64,000 bases of DNA from a virus (IMGVR_UViG_3300032030_000038:35425-99424); one strand, 5' to 3'. Counted from the first letter of the stretch, positions 44,976 to 56,075 are shown. Notes: generated by a model not told the origin, from the letters alone. Numbers and translations are program-made.

Positions 44976-47900
44976 ATGATAGAAACAAATATATGCCAGT
45001 CTGAAATAACTGACGAATTGCTTAACAGTATGTCTGGAGACGAACGTGACGCCTTTATGGAATATATCACGTCAATTCCTTTTATACATAATCTTATCTC
45101 AAAGGATAGGAAGTATGCCAGGGATTTGCCGAAGAATGAAGACGGGCGTATAGAGGTTGATTTGTGTAATCCGCATATCCTTGAAAACATGGATTACTTC
45201 AGACCAGCCGCTCTTCATTTCAAAAAGTACGGGTGCTATACCAATTTAAGACCAAACAGCAATCCGAACAGTGAATATGGTGTGTGGGCCAGAACCGAGG
45301 TTGAACGTATCTGGTATGGCATGACCAGACCTGAGGATGGTGAGTGGATTCCCGGCACATTGTATTTTTATTGGAATTATTGTCCCATTTTGCAGTCCAA
45401 AATTAAAAAAGGCTCTCGAAAGGCTGAACGTATTATTGACTTTCCAGAGCCTTGGGATTCTACGTATTTATGGCATCATTATGTACATCAGGCGATACAT
45501 GGCGGTAAATATAACGACTACCTTGGTGGTCAACACTGGGGAATCATAGCACGCAGAGGAGTAGGAAAAGCTCATCCCTATTCTGAATATATTTATACTC
45601 CAAAAGGGCTTAGAAAATGGGGTGAGTTGCAAGTCGGTGATGAAGTTTTTGGAGATGATGGTGTTCCTACAAAAATAATAGATATACCATTTAATGATAT
45701 AACAGATATTTATAAAGTATCATTGAGAGACGGTAGATCTGTATTATGCTCTGGAGAGCATTTATGGAATGTGGAGATACATCATCAAAAAGGTATTAAA
45801 ACACTTTCTACAAGACAACTTATAGAGATTTATAAAAAGGAACGTAAAAAATCAGAGCGAAATCCTGATGGGATTGAGTATGTGTGCAGTATTCACAAAG
45901 GTGGTTGTGTTGAATTTGCAAAACAGCCTACATTAGTTGATCCATATACATTTGGATTGTTATCCGGTGATGGGACTTTTAGAAATGCTCCGTTTTATCT
46001 TACAATGGAGGACAGTGATTTTGATAGTATAAGGAATAATATTCCGTATAGTTGTTATCATCAAAAAACTGCAAAATTCAATCACAGAATTAAAATACCG
46101 AATTTAAAAAACATACTTATAAATTACGGATTGTATGGTAAAAAGTCAGAAGATAAATTCATTCCTGATGAGTATAAATACAATTCAAAAGAAGTAAGAT
46201 TGGATATTTTAAATGGGTTGTTTGATTCAGATGGGTATGTATTAAAAAACCACAGCGCATATTATATCAGCACAGCTTCGCCGAGACTTGCGGATGATAT
46301 AGTTATGATTAGTAGGAGTCTTGGCTTCAATGCGGCAGTATCTGTAAAAAATACAAAGTATTTCAGTAATAAAGAAAATAAATATATTCAATGCCTACCA
46401 GCTTATATTGTAACTATTTATGCAGATTGTAAACTAGGATATCTTAGAAGAAAAACAAGCAGTTCTTATAAAGGAGGATACAGTAAAAGCAGACTTGAAA
46501 AAACAAGAATAATTGATATAAAATACGTTGGAAAACAAATGGCAAAGTGTATTACGGTCAATAATGATTCGGGTTGTTATTTGATTAATGACTTTGTTGT
46601 TACCCACAACTCCCTCAATGTAGCGTCAATGCTGGCCCGTCTGTTTATTCTCGGTGATAACAGGGATGTCAGGGAGTCTGTAAAAGGCACTGTAATAGCA
46701 TCTGACAAGAACTTCCTTATAAAGGATGGTACTCTGAATAAATTTGTTGATTTTATAGATCATTGTGCAGAACATACCCAGTGGCCTACAAGACGTATCA
46801 AGTCCACTCTTGACGAGATGCATTGGATCATGGGTTATAGGGACTCCGAAAATGATCAGATTATCAGGGGCACGAAGAATGAAATCACTGGTATTTCTGT
46901 TAAAGACAACCCAGGTCGTGTTCGTGGTAAACGTGCATTGTTAACTATATTTGAGGAGTTTGGTATGTTTCCAAGATTCCTTGAAACATATAATACATCT
47001 TTGTATAATGCTGCTGAGGGTGATTATGCTTTCGGTAGTATCGGCGTTATCGGTACTGGTGGTGAGAAAAGCAATAATTTCTCTGGTGCTTTGGAGATGA
47101 TTTACAATCCAAAGGGTTACAATATGTATCCTCTTCCCAATGTGTTTGATAAACAATCACAGGGAAGATCGACATCGTTGATGTTCTTAGGTGCATATAT
47201 GAATCGTAAAGGATATTACGACTCTTCTGGTAACAGTGACATTATAGGTGCTTTGGTAGAAGTGATCAAAGAGCGTGAATATATTAAACAAAATTCATCC
47301 GATCCTACCACGGTCACCCAGAAGAAGGCTGAGATGCCTATTACAATACAAGAGTGTATTATGCAGACATCCAGTAATATATATCCTGTATCTGATATAA
47401 ATGAAAGAATCAATGAGATTAATCTCGATCCTACCATAATGAATGGAGTAAAGGCTGGTAAATTCGGTATGGTTGGTGGCGAGGTTATTTTCGAGCTTAC
47501 AAGTGATGAGCCAATTCACAAGTTTCCGCATAAAGACAATAAGATAACAGGTGCTGTTGAGATGTTTATGGAGCCCGAAAAAGATTCCAATGGCAAAATA
47601 TTACAAGACAGGTATATAGCCGGGGCTGACGTTTACGACAATGATGTCGCAGATTCTTTGTCTTTAGGCAGTATATTTGTACTCGATACATTCACTGACC
47701 AGATAGTGTGTGAGTACACAGGAAGACCCATGTTTGCGGATGATTTCTACGAAATTTGCAGAAGAATGTGTATGTATTACAACTGCAAATTGAATTATGA
47801 GCAAAATAAGAAGGGTTTGTTTACATATTTTTCAAGAATGAACTCGACTTATTTACTTACTGACAAGTTTGAGTGGCTATCTGACAGGGATACTTACAAA

Positions 47901-48287
47901 GGAGCTGTCTACGGTAACGTTTCAAAGGGTACGACTTCTACTGTGCCTATAAAGAATTATGGTAGAAAGTTAATAAGGGACTGGCTGCTTAAACCTTGTG
48001 TCAAAATTGAAGTCCAGAACGGCGAAGAAATCGAGATTACTTACCCTAACTTAGGGAATATCAGGAACATAGCGCTTCTTAAAGAGTTATCTATGTACAA
48101 TCTTGATGGTAACTTTGATAGACATGATGCCTTGGTTATGCTCATGATTTACAGAGAAGACAGATTGCGTTTATTTGGAGGCAATATGCGTTCGAATAAT
48201 AATACGCATGATAAAATACTTGACGACAAGTTCTTTTCTTTATATGATGAAAAGGCCTCAAAATACGTCAAGGATTATATGAATTAA
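44976..48287 (+). CDS. terL: Terminase large subunit with intein
   Basis: Walker A ARRGVGK|S, RGKR, FEEFG Walker B, GTGG, GADVYD nuclease motif, GNFDR; 756 aa once the intein is removed. Confidence 0.92.
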   Translation: MIETNICQSEITDELLNSMSGDERDAFMEYITSIPFIHNLISKDRKYARDLPKNEDGRIEVDLCNPHILENMDYFRPAALHFKKYGCYTNLRPNSNPNSEYGVWARTEVERIWYGMTRPEDGEWIPGTLYFYWNYCPILQSKIKKGSRKAERIIDFPEPWDSTYLWHHYVHQAIHGGKYNDYLGGQHWGIIARRGVGKAHPYSEYIYTPKGLRKWGELQVGDEVFGDDGVPTKIIDIPFNDITDIYKVSLRDGRSVLCSGEHLWNVEIHHQKGIKTLSTRQLIEIYKKERKKSERNPDGIEYVCSIHKGGCVEFAKQPTLVDPYTFGLLSGDGTFRNAPFYLTMEDSDFDSIRNNIPYSCYHQKTAKFNHRIKIPNLKNILINYGLYGKKSEDKFIPDEYKYNSKEVRLDILNGLFDSDGYVLKNHSAYYISTASPRLADDIVMISRSLGFNAAVSVKNTKYFSNKENKYIQCLPAYIVTIYADCKLGYLRRKTSSSYKGGYSKSRLEKTRIIDIKYVGKQMAKCITVNNDSGCYLINDFVVTHNSLNVASMLARLFILGDNRDVRESVKGTVIASDKNFLIKDGTLNKFVDFIDHCAEHTQWPTRRIKSTLDEMHWIMGYRDSENDQIIRGTKNEITGISVKDNPGRVRGKRALLTIFEEFGMFPRFLETYNTSLYNAAEGDYAFGSIGVIGTGGEKSNNFSGALEMIYNPKGYNMYPLPNVFDKQSQGRSTSLMFLGAYMNRKGYYDSSGNSDIIGALVEVIKEREYIKQNSSDPTTVTQKKAEMPITIQECIMQTSSNIYPVSDINERINEINLDPTIMNGVKAGKFGMVGGEVIFELTSDEPIHKFPHKDNKITGAVEMFMEPEKDSNGKILQDRYIAGADVYDNDVADSLSLGSIFVLDTFTDQIVCEYTGRPMFADDFYEICRRMCMYYNCKLNYEQNKKGLFTYFSRMNSTYLLTDKFEWLSDRDTYKGAVYGNVSKGTTSTVPIKNYGRKLIRDWLLKPCVKIEVQNGEEIEITYPNLGNIRNIALLKELSMYNLDGNFDRHDALVMLMIYREDRLRLFGGNMRSNNNTHDKILDDKFFSLYDEKASKYVKDYMN
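45570..46610 (+). mobile_element. Class 3 intein (347 aa) with LAGLIDADG endonuclease
   Basis: Begins with Ala (GK|AHPY), ends VVTHN|S; EHLW, KCITV and THN give the WCT triplet; FGLLSGDG and LNGLFDSDG LAGLIDADG motifs. Confidence 0.9.
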
Positions 48288-48374
48288 TACAAAAATAGTA
48301 AAATATAAAAACTACAATAGTTATTTAAAAAAAATATTTTAGTACAGTATTTACTGAATACCGAAGATTTTTTT

Positions 48375-48382
48375 TATTTTTG
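48375..48382 (+). promoter_or_regulatory. TAnnTTTG -7 box upstream of portal
   Basis: TATTTTTG 15 nt before the ATG; -33 box not evident. Confidence 0.45.
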
Positions 48383-48397
48383 CATAAAAAGTAATTT

Positions 48398-50857
48398 ATG
48401 GATAAATTTAGAACCTTACCACCTCAACAACTGCCTTACAAGAAGAAAGGCAAGAAATGGCGTGAGGCCCATCTTGACTGGGCAGATGACCATAGTTATA
48501 TCAATAGTAGTCTGGTGCGTAAGTCTGTTTTGAATAAACAAATAAATTATGACTTGGTGAATGGTATTATTCACCTCAATGATATGATGCTTGTACTTAA
48601 CCCTACTGAGTTAAGTCAGGTCTTTATTCCTCAATCAATACAACATTACCCCGTTATTAACAGTAAATTAAATGTCTTAAGGGGAGAGGAAACGGCTAGA
48701 AGATTTGATTATAAGGTAATTTGTACAAATCCGAATGCTATTTCTGAAATTGAAAAGCAGAAAACTTTAGAGTTACACGACAGACTTCAACAGCTTATAG
48801 AGCAGTCTTCGCTTAGTCAAAATGAACTCCAGCAAAAACTGCAGGACCTCGATCACGAATTCAAGTACTCTTGGCGTGAGCTCCGTGAGATAAGAGCGAA
48901 TGCTTTGCTCAATCATTATTATAAAGAGTATAATATCCCTTATTTGTTTTCCCAAGGTTGGATGGACGCTCTTACTGTTGGTGAAGAAATATACAGATGC
49001 CATATAGTAAACGGTGAACCAGTCATTGACCGTATTAATCCCATGAAGATACGCCTGTATCGCTCTGGTAATTCTTCAAGAATCGAGGATGCTGATATAA
49101 TTATCATAGAAGATTATTGGTCTCTTGGTAAAATATACGATGTTTTCCATGAAGCGCTTACCGAAAGTGATCGCAAGTATCTTGAGAACCTTGTTTCAAA
49201 GGGAAACGATGAAAATTGGTATGATGAACGTGATTCTTTTATAAATGCGGAAGATTTTCTTAAATATAAAGACGGGGTTGCAGTTGGTGATTATGTGCTT
49301 TTCTCTGACAATTCTAGTGGCAGGATGTATGACGATGACGGTAATATCCGTGTGTTGCAATGCTTTTGGAAGAGTCGTAGAAAAATGCTCAAGGTGAAAT
49401 CATATGACCCACAGTCCGGTGAACCCAAATATAATTTTTATACCGAAGAATATGTTCTTGACGAAACAAAAGGTGAGGAAGCCGAGGTTGTATGGGTTAA
49501 TGAAGCCTGGGAAGGCTATAAGATAGGCAAGGATGTTTATGTTGATATCAAGCCTTGTGAGGTTCAATATAACAGACTTACCAATCCTTCAAGATGTCAT
49601 TTTGGTTTTGTAGGTAGCATCTATAATGTTAATGAGGACAGGGTGTTTTCACTTGTTGATATGTTAAAACCCTTTGCCTATTTGTACGATGTTATTCATG
49701 AAAGACTTAATAAAGCCATTGAAGCCACATTCGGTCAAATGTATGAACTTGACCTTGCCTCCGTACCTGACGGCTGGGAGATTGAAAAATGGTTGTACTA
49801 TGCAAGAAACAATCACCTTGCTATAAAAGACTCTTTTAAAGAGGGTAACATAGGTGCTGCGAAAGGTAAACTTGCAGGTGGTTTTGCCGCTAATTCAAGA
49901 GGTATCATAGGTAACGACACCGGTAACTATATACAACAGCTTGTCAACCTTCTTCAGTTTATTCAGGAAGAAATGGCAAGTGCCTGTGGTATTACCAAGC
50001 AAAGGGAAGGTAATATAGGTCAACGTGAGACTGTTGGTGGTGTTGAACGCTCTACATTGCAGTCTTCATATATTACAGAATGGCTGTTCAATACACATAA
50101 TGATGTCAAACGCCGTGTTATGGAGTGCTTCCTTGAAACTGCCAAGGCGGCTGCAAGAGGAAAATCTCTTAAGATTCAACATTGTCTTGACGATCTTACA
50201 ACTGCTGTGATGACTATTGAAGGCGATGAATTTGCTGAAAACGATTATGGTCTTGTTGTTGATAACTCACCATACTCTTCCCAGCTTAACCAGAAGCTTG
50301 AGCAAATGGCTCAAATGGCATTGCAGACCGGGGTTGTTGATTTCTCCACTTGCATGAAAATATTCACGAATCCTTCACTTATTGAGACACAGCGTCTTAT
50401 TGAAGAAAGCGAACGTAATAAAATGCAAGAGGCTCAGAAAGAACGTGAACATCAGGCTCAGATGCAGCAAGAGCTTCTCAAATCCAACGAACAAATCAAA
50501 CAGTTTGAAATGGATATGGCTCAAGCTAAACTCGCTCTTGAAGAACAAAAGAATATCAGGGACAACGAGACAAGGTTGCAAATTGCCGAGTTACAAGCTC
50601 AAACCAATATGGCAAATGCTGATGCTTGGGGCAAGGACTATGACCGTGAGCAAAACAGGGAAGAGCTTATGCAAAAAATCCGTGAGTTCGATGAGAAGAT
50701 TTCTCTTGACAGGGAAAAAGCCAATCTTGAAAGATATAAGATAGAGCAGGCCGAAAAGCAAGCTGACAAGGATAGGGAACTTAAAAAGCAGGAACTTGAG
50801 GTGAAACGTCAGGAAGCAAAGCAGAAAGCAAAGGAAAAATCTTCTACTAACAAATAA
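48398..50857 (+). CDS. Portal protein
   Basis: LPPQQLP..KK...W, HYP.IN.K...L.GEE, SLVD.LKP, GIT.QREG; follows TerL; long coiled-coil C-terminus typical of crAss portals. Confidence 0.85.
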   Translation: MDKFRTLPPQQLPYKKKGKKWREAHLDWADDHSYINSSLVRKSVLNKQINYDLVNGIIHLNDMMLVLNPTELSQVFIPQSIQHYPVINSKLNVLRGEETARRFDYKVICTNPNAISEIEKQKTLELHDRLQQLIEQSSLSQNELQQKLQDLDHEFKYSWRELREIRANALLNHYYKEYNIPYLFSQGWMDALTVGEEIYRCHIVNGEPVIDRINPMKIRLYRSGNSSRIEDADIIIIEDYWSLGKIYDVFHEALTESDRKYLENLVSKGNDENWYDERDSFINAEDFLKYKDGVAVGDYVLFSDNSSGRMYDDDGNIRVLQCFWKSRRKMLKVKSYDPQSGEPKYNFYTEEYVLDETKGEEAEVVWVNEAWEGYKIGKDVYVDIKPCEVQYNRLTNPSRCHFGFVGSIYNVNEDRVFSLVDMLKPFAYLYDVIHERLNKAIEATFGQMYELDLASVPDGWEIEKWLYYARNNHLAIKDSFKEGNIGAAKGKLAGGFAANSRGIIGNDTGNYIQQLVNLLQFIQEEMASACGITKQREGNIGQRETVGGVERSTLQSSYITEWLFNTHNDVKRRVMECFLETAKAAARGKSLKIQHCLDDLTTAVMTIEGDEFAENDYGLVVDNSPYSSQLNQKLEQMAQMALQTGVVDFSTCMKIFTNPSLIETQRLIEESERNKMQEAQKEREHQAQMQQELLKSNEQIKQFEMDMAQAKLALEEQKNIRDNETRLQIAELQAQTNMANADAWGKDYDREQNREELMQKIREFDEKISLDREKANLERYKIEQAEKQADKDRELKKQELEVKRQEAKQKAKEKSSTNK

Positions 50858-50877
50858 TATTCTAAAATATCGTACTT

Positions 50878-51315
50878 ATGGAATGGGTTAATGTCATTGT
50901 AACAGTGCTTACTAGCGGTTTGATAATTTCTATCGTTGAGTTTTTATATTATAAACGTTTTAATAAAGCAATTAAAAAGAACGAAGCTGAATCTGGTGAT
51001 TTGGACAATCAAATGAAAAGTATTAATCTTGGTCAAGTTTTCCTTGAACGAATACAAGCTGTAAATGATGAGCAGCAAAAACTTCAGGAACAGCAAAGAA
51101 AAATGTGGGAAGAACAGGATGCCAAAAGAGATGAGCAGTGGCTCAAACAAAAAGATGTTATGGATGGTATCTTGTCTGCCATAGATGGTTTACGAGGAGA
51201 TGTTGAGAATATAAAGGAGTTTCTCAATGGTGAGTATAAAAGCTTTGAAAATAAGAAGAAGGCTGGTACAAAGAAAAAATCCCCCAAACAAAATATTGAA
51301 AATAAAAACGAATAA
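50878..51315 (+). CDS. Putative holin-like membrane protein
   Basis: Single N-terminal TM helix, coiled coil and basic tail. Confidence 0.45.
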   Translation: MEWVNVIVTVLTSGLIISIVEFLYYKRFNKAIKKNEAESGDLDNQMKSINLGQVFLERIQAVNDEQQKLQEQQRKMWEEQDAKRDEQWLKQKDVMDGILSAIDGLRGDVENIKEFLNGEYKSFENKKKAGTKKKSPKQNIENKNE

Positions 51316-51320
51316 AAGTT

Positions 51321-51695
51321 ATGTTTAAAGCTATTTGGCATTTTATTAAGGGACTTTGGTCTCTTAAATGGGTTAAATGGGTTTTGATTGGCATTGCTGC
51401 AATTGTTTTTGCATCCGTGTTTATAGGAGCTGGTGTAAACCGCAGTCATTATAATAAAATGAAGGCTTACTCCGCTCATCAGGACTCTGTTATTATGGTG
51501 TTAAGAGATTCTCTTAAACATAAAAGTCAACCTATTTACAATTATGAAATTCATCTTGCGGTAACTGACAAGTCGGTTATGCAATGTAAAAATACTGGCA
51601 GGGGTACTCTTAATACTCCCAGTATGAAAACTTATATTTTAAAAGTGGATTCCTCTTCGGTGGCTGTTCGAACTGAGGATCCTTATAAAAAGTAA
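51321..51695 (+). CDS. Putative spanin-like membrane protein
   Basis: N-terminal TM anchor followed by a periplasmic-type domain. Confidence 0.4.
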   Translation: MFKAIWHFIKGLWSLKWVKWVLIGIAAIVFASVFIGAGVNRSHYNKMKAYSAHQDSVIMVLRDSLKHKSQPIYNYEIHLAVTDKSVMQCKNTGRGTLNTPSMKTYILKVDSSSVAVRTEDPYKK

Positions 51696-51709
51696 ATTAA
51701 AATTATACT

Positions 51710-52873
51710 ATGGAAGAAAATGAACTTAATTTAGACAACATCATAGGCAGTGCCTATGAGGTGTATGACGGTTCACAGAGTGACACTGTCGAAACAGATG
51801 ACAACGAGGAGTATATTCCTGAAGAGGAAGAAGAAGAGACTACTCCAAAAAAGAACAAAAAAGAGAAACAACTCACTGAGACCATTGATGAAGATGATGA
51901 GGGGGAGGGGTCAGAGAGCGTAGGTGAGGAAGAATTTACAAGACAAGATGCAGCTTCCCTTGAAAGCGATGGGGATTCTTCAGCCAGTCAATTTTATTCT
52001 TCCATAGCCAACGCTTTGAGGGAAGACGGCATCTTTGAAAATATTGGTGATGTGGATCTCTCTGAAATTGAAGATGCAGATGATTTCAGAGCTCTTATTG
52101 AGCAAGAGGTCAATAACCGACTGTCAGCTTCTGAGAAGTCTATCAAAGACGCCCTTGTACACGGTATTCAGCCTGAGGAGATAGTAAGGTATCAAAACAT
52201 GATAAACTACCTTGAGGGCTTATCTGAGAGCGCTATAGAGGATGAAAGCGAGGATGGTAGCATGTTAAGAAAGAGACTTATCTTCCAAGATTATATCAAT
52301 CGTGGATTTTCCAAGGAAAGAGCTCTTAAAGAAGTTGATAAATCTTTTGCTGCCGGTACTGATATTGAAGATGCAAAGGAAGCGCATGCTGAAAATTTGA
52401 ATTTCTATAAAAGCGCATATAATGAAGAACTTGAGTCCAGAAAGGCCCAAGAAAAGGCAATGAAGGATGCTGTTATCAAACAGACAAAAGAGCTTGAGAA
52501 TCTTATTATGTCCTCAAAAGATGTCTTTGATGGTGTACAGCTTGACAAGAAAACCCGTGAAAGAATCTTTGATACAGTCAGTAAGCCGAGTGTCAAGGGT
52601 AAAGATGGTCAAAGATACACAAAATTACAGGCCTATCAAATGGAAAATCCGAATGATTTCATTTACAAGATAGGTGTTTTATATGAACTCACTGACGGCT
52701 TTAAAAACATTGACAAACTTGTAAAGTCGAAGGTAATCAAGAAACAAAACGAAAATATTAAAAACTTAGAGAGAGCATTAAAAAATCAAAACGTGAATTA
52801 TGGTGAGCCTCGCTACATCAGTAATGGGGCTAGCCGAGATGTAAATAACAAATCCAGGTACTCTCTATTATAA
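51710..52873 (+). CDS. Acidic scaffold-like protein preceding the major capsid gene
   Basis: Very D/E-rich N-terminus, helical body; conserved position in crAss-like phages. Confidence 0.65.
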   Translation: MEENELNLDNIIGSAYEVYDGSQSDTVETDDNEEYIPEEEEEETTPKKNKKEKQLTETIDEDDEGEGSESVGEEEFTRQDAASLESDGDSSASQFYSSIANALREDGIFENIGDVDLSEIEDADDFRALIEQEVNNRLSASEKSIKDALVHGIQPEEIVRYQNMINYLEGLSESAIEDESEDGSMLRKRLIFQDYINRGFSKERALKEVDKSFAAGTDIEDAKEAHAENLNFYKSAYNEELESRKAQEKAMKDAVIKQTKELENLIMSSKDVFDGVQLDKKTRERIFDTVSKPSVKGKDGQRYTKLQAYQMENPNDFIYKIGVLYELTDGFKNIDKLVKSKVIKKQNENIKNLERALKNQNVNYGEPRYISNGASRDVNNKSRYSLL

Positions 52874-52896
52874 TACTAACTTAAAAATGTTGAATA

Positions 52897-54384
52897 ATGG
52901 CAAAATTAGGTCCTTATCAATCGCAATCTTTTAGACACTGGCAGGGTCTTACTTTAGAGAACCATCTTGGTGCATTATTCCAGAAAGAACCCCAGAAAGC
53001 GTCTAACACTATGGTCCAGTTACTGGCCACCCGTAGAGGTAAAACTCTCGAAACTTATTTAAATTCCCTTCCCTCCAAGACGTTCGAGCGTGATGACGAA
53101 TATACTTGGGATGTGGTGTCCTCCAGTCGTAGAAATATTCCTATTGTGGAGGTTCGTGACTATTCCGGCGCTCCTTATCAAGCCAATACTAATGTTACTG
53201 GTCGTTTCTATGTTGTCTTCCCCGAGGATTGGTTCAGCGATGGTGCTGTTATCGTTGGTGAACATAATGAAATGTATCCTATCAGACTGTTGAGTGATGG
53301 TCGTGCCGAAGGTACGAATTTTGTTTATCTTGCTGAACTTTGGGGCAGCGTACAGTCTATCCCTGCTGATGAATTCGCCAGGGGTAAGCGTTGGAGTCTT
53401 GAATACTATCCTGTTGAGAAAGAGCTGTCCAGAGGCATTGGTACTCTGCACTTCTCTGCTCCTACGTCCATGCGTAATGAGTGGTCCAGACTTCGTATGA
53501 AGTATAAGGTCCCCGGCTCTATGATGGACGAGGTTCTTATTTGCGGTATTCCTATGATTGACAATAAGACTAACAAGGTCGTTGTCAAGGATCGTTGGAT
53601 GGCTATGGTCGACTATCGTTTCGAAGAGGAATTCCAGGATCACAAGAATTACTGTTACATGTTTGGACGCTCCAATCGTAACAATGAAGGTGAGTATACC
53701 AATTTTGGTAAGTCCGGTCTTGCAATCAAGTTTGGCGCTGGTATTCGTGAACAGATGGAGGTTAGCAATGTGTATTATTACAATACCTTCTCCCTGCGTC
53801 TGATCGAGAATGCTTTGTATGAACTTTCTGCAAACAAGCTTGATTTGAACGAGCGTGTGTTCGTGATGCGTACTGGTATGCGTGGTGCTGAACAGTTCAG
53901 CAAGGCTGTTCTTAATGATGTGTCTGGTTGGACTGCATTCCAGATGAATGCCGACAACCTCGGTGTCATCCAGAGAACTTCCTCCCCGCTGCACCAGACT
54001 GCTTTAGCTGCAGGCTTCCAGTTCACTGAGTTCCGTGCTCCTAACGGCATTGTGCTTAAGGTCGAGGTCGATCCTATGTATGATGAGGATGTCCGTAATA
54101 AGATTCAGCACCCCAATGGTGGTCCTGCAGAGTCTTATCGTTATGATATTCTGTATGTGGGTAGCCAAGATCAGCCCAATATCCAGCTTGCCAAGCTGAA
54201 GAATCACGACGAGTTCCGTGGTTACTATTGGGGTCCGTTCCGCAACCCGTTTACTGGTGAAATGAATAACGGCAATGCTGCCACTGACGAAGACTCCGCA
54301 ACCATTCACAAGATGTGGATTGGCGGCGTGTTCATTCTGGATCCTACCAGAACAGTATCTATTATTCCGTCTATTCTGCAATAA
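52897..54384 (+). CDS. Major capsid protein (crAss type)
   Basis: GLT.ENHLG, EYTW.V, G.G.REQ, TG.RG..QF, GFQFTEF..PNG, DPMYD, HPNGG.AESYR; strong high-expression codon bias. Confidence 0.9.
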   Translation: MAKLGPYQSQSFRHWQGLTLENHLGALFQKEPQKASNTMVQLLATRRGKTLETYLNSLPSKTFERDDEYTWDVVSSSRRNIPIVEVRDYSGAPYQANTNVTGRFYVVFPEDWFSDGAVIVGEHNEMYPIRLLSDGRAEGTNFVYLAELWGSVQSIPADEFARGKRWSLEYYPVEKELSRGIGTLHFSAPTSMRNEWSRLRMKYKVPGSMMDEVLICGIPMIDNKTNKVVVKDRWMAMVDYRFEEEFQDHKNYCYMFGRSNRNNEGEYTNFGKSGLAIKFGAGIREQMEVSNVYYYNTFSLRLIENALYELSANKLDLNERVFVMRTGMRGAEQFSKAVLNDVSGWTAFQMNADNLGVIQRTSSPLHQTALAAGFQFTEFRAPNGIVLKVEVDPMYDEDVRNKIQHPNGGPAESYRYDILYVGSQDQPNIQLAKLKNHDEFRGYYWGPFRNPFTGEMNNGNAATDEDSATIHKMWIGGVFILDPTRTVSIIPSILQ

Positions 54385-54413
54385 TTTATTTATTAACTAT
54401 GGAAGAATAAAAA

Positions 54414-55301
54414 ATGGCTGAAAAAAATACAAACAAGGAAAATAAAGAAATATATACATGCTTGAGGAATGAGAAAATACATGTAAAATATATTCCCAGA
54501 GCTACAGACATGGTAAAAGACCCCAGGCATGTTTTATATGGTGGATTGGCTGACAAGGCTGCCATTGAGTATGTAGTCCCTGTATTACGTTCCAATGGCG
54601 CCTTTGTCAACGTCCTTACAAATGATGAGAAACGTTTTCTTGAACATTATATGGGTCTTAATGAGGATGATTTGTCCGTTCATAAAAAGAAAGATAATTT
54701 TTGGAGTACATTCTCTGTAAGACTTACCAAGGATGGTCTTACTCTTGATCTTAAAGACCCTGTTGATTATATCAAGTACAAAGTGCTTCGAGCAAACTCA
54801 GACTATGTCGCAGAGTCTTTGCAGACACTTGAAGACCGTCCCAGACCCACATACAGATTTGTCATGGTGACTGATGAAAGTGAGAATAAGAGAAGTCTTG
54901 AAAAGCTTAATAACAGTTCAAAGGCCTATATGCTTCTTGGGCAGTATCAAAGTGACCTCGACGTACTTAAGGTTATTCTTGAAGCACTTGACGGTCGTCC
55001 TTGTAGTGATCAGATAAAGAAAGAAGCACTTCTTTCAAAGCTTCAAGATCATATTTCTGCTGATGCAAAAATGTTTGTCAAATATGCAGATGATGAGCTT
55101 CTAAAATTCAAAGTTCTGCTGCGCAAGGCAATTATCAAGAAACTTGTGTATAAGAAAGGCGATTATTATTATTTGGCAAAGGATGGTTCTCCAATGTGCG
55201 GTGCTGGCGAAGATCCTACATACACTTCCGCAGTGCGTTACCTTGCAAACCCCGCCAATCAAAAAGAATTATTTTCCATTCAAGAAAAAGTTGAAGAATA
55301 A
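54414..55301 (+). CDS. Conserved crAss structural-module protein following MCP
   Basis: NVLT.DEK.FLE, NFW, LDL.DP.DYIKYKVL. Confidence 0.75.
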   Translation: MAEKNTNKENKEIYTCLRNEKIHVKYIPRATDMVKDPRHVLYGGLADKAAIEYVVPVLRSNGAFVNVLTNDEKRFLEHYMGLNEDDLSVHKKKDNFWSTFSVRLTKDGLTLDLKDPVDYIKYKVLRANSDYVAESLQTLEDRPRPTYRFVMVTDESENKRSLEKLNNSSKAYMLLGQYQSDLDVLKVILEALDGRPCSDQIKKEALLSKLQDHISADAKMFVKYADDELLKFKVLLRKAIIKKLVYKKGDYYYLAKDGSPMCGAGEDPTYTSAVRYLANPANQKELFSIQEKVEE

Positions 55302-55304
55302 CAA

Positions 55305-56075
55305 ATGAACTTAGAACAATTTTCTTCTGAATTTGATATTGCTTACAATAATATTACAAGCAATGCTTCTCCTCCTTTGAACGAGTTTGAAAAAAGCTCT
55401 TTTCTTACAAAGGCACAAAATGAATTATTGCTTATATATTATAACGGTCTTAATGGCCGTTATACCTCTTTTGAGTCTACTGAAGAGTGTAGGCGGTATC
55501 TTGATTCTTTGGTTGTTCATGAGTCCCCTCTGACTTTAAAAAGGATTGATAGTATAGAAAGGTTTAAATTGTATATTTACGAAAAACCGAAAGTGACAAC
55601 AACCATCTCTACTACAATAGATGACGAGCCAGTTGAAGTCTCTCTCGACCAATTGCTTTTTATAGTCAGGGATTCCGCAATGAAACAAGTGACAGACGGC
55701 TGTGTTGATACTAAATATCTAAGTGTTAAAGCGGTCAATTTCAACGATCTTACCCACATATTGCAAGACCCATTTAAGTGTCCTAACGGCACAAGAGCCT
55801 TGCGCATTGATTTTGAGGATGGTATAGGTATTATTACATCTGAAACCCTTCAACAGTACTATTGTACTTATATTCGCAAACCAAAGCCGATTATTCTTGA
55901 AGACATAACCGACTACGGGCTTAATATAGAAGGTTATCAAACTCCTCAAACTCCAGTTTGTGAGTTTCCTGATGTGATGCACCAGAAGATAATTGACCGG
56001 GCGGTGTTATTAGCGAAGGCAGCCTATGTCGGTGATTTGAGCTCTCAAGCAGCTTTGAGTACTCAAACAATATAA
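55305..56075 (+). CDS. Head-tail ring/connector protein
   Basis: EFDI.YNNI.SN..P.LNEFEKS.FLTKAQ, YIRKP.PI, CE....H.KIIDRAV. Confidence 0.7.
   Translation: MNLEQFSSEFDIAYNNITSNASPPLNEFEKSSFLTKAQNELLLIYYNGLNGRYTSFESTEECRRYLDSLVVHESPLTLKRIDSIERFKLYIYEKPKVTTTISTTIDDEPVEVSLDQLLFIVRDSAMKQVTDGCVDTKYLSVKAVNFNDLTHILQDPFKCPNGTRALRIDFEDGIGIITSETLQQYYCTYIRKPKPIILEDITDYGLNIEGYQTPQTPVCEFPDVMHQKIIDRAVLLAKAAYVGDLSSQAALSTQTI

Noticed and set aside
53059-53994. 311-aa - strand ORF
   Set aside because: Antisense shadow of the major capsid gene
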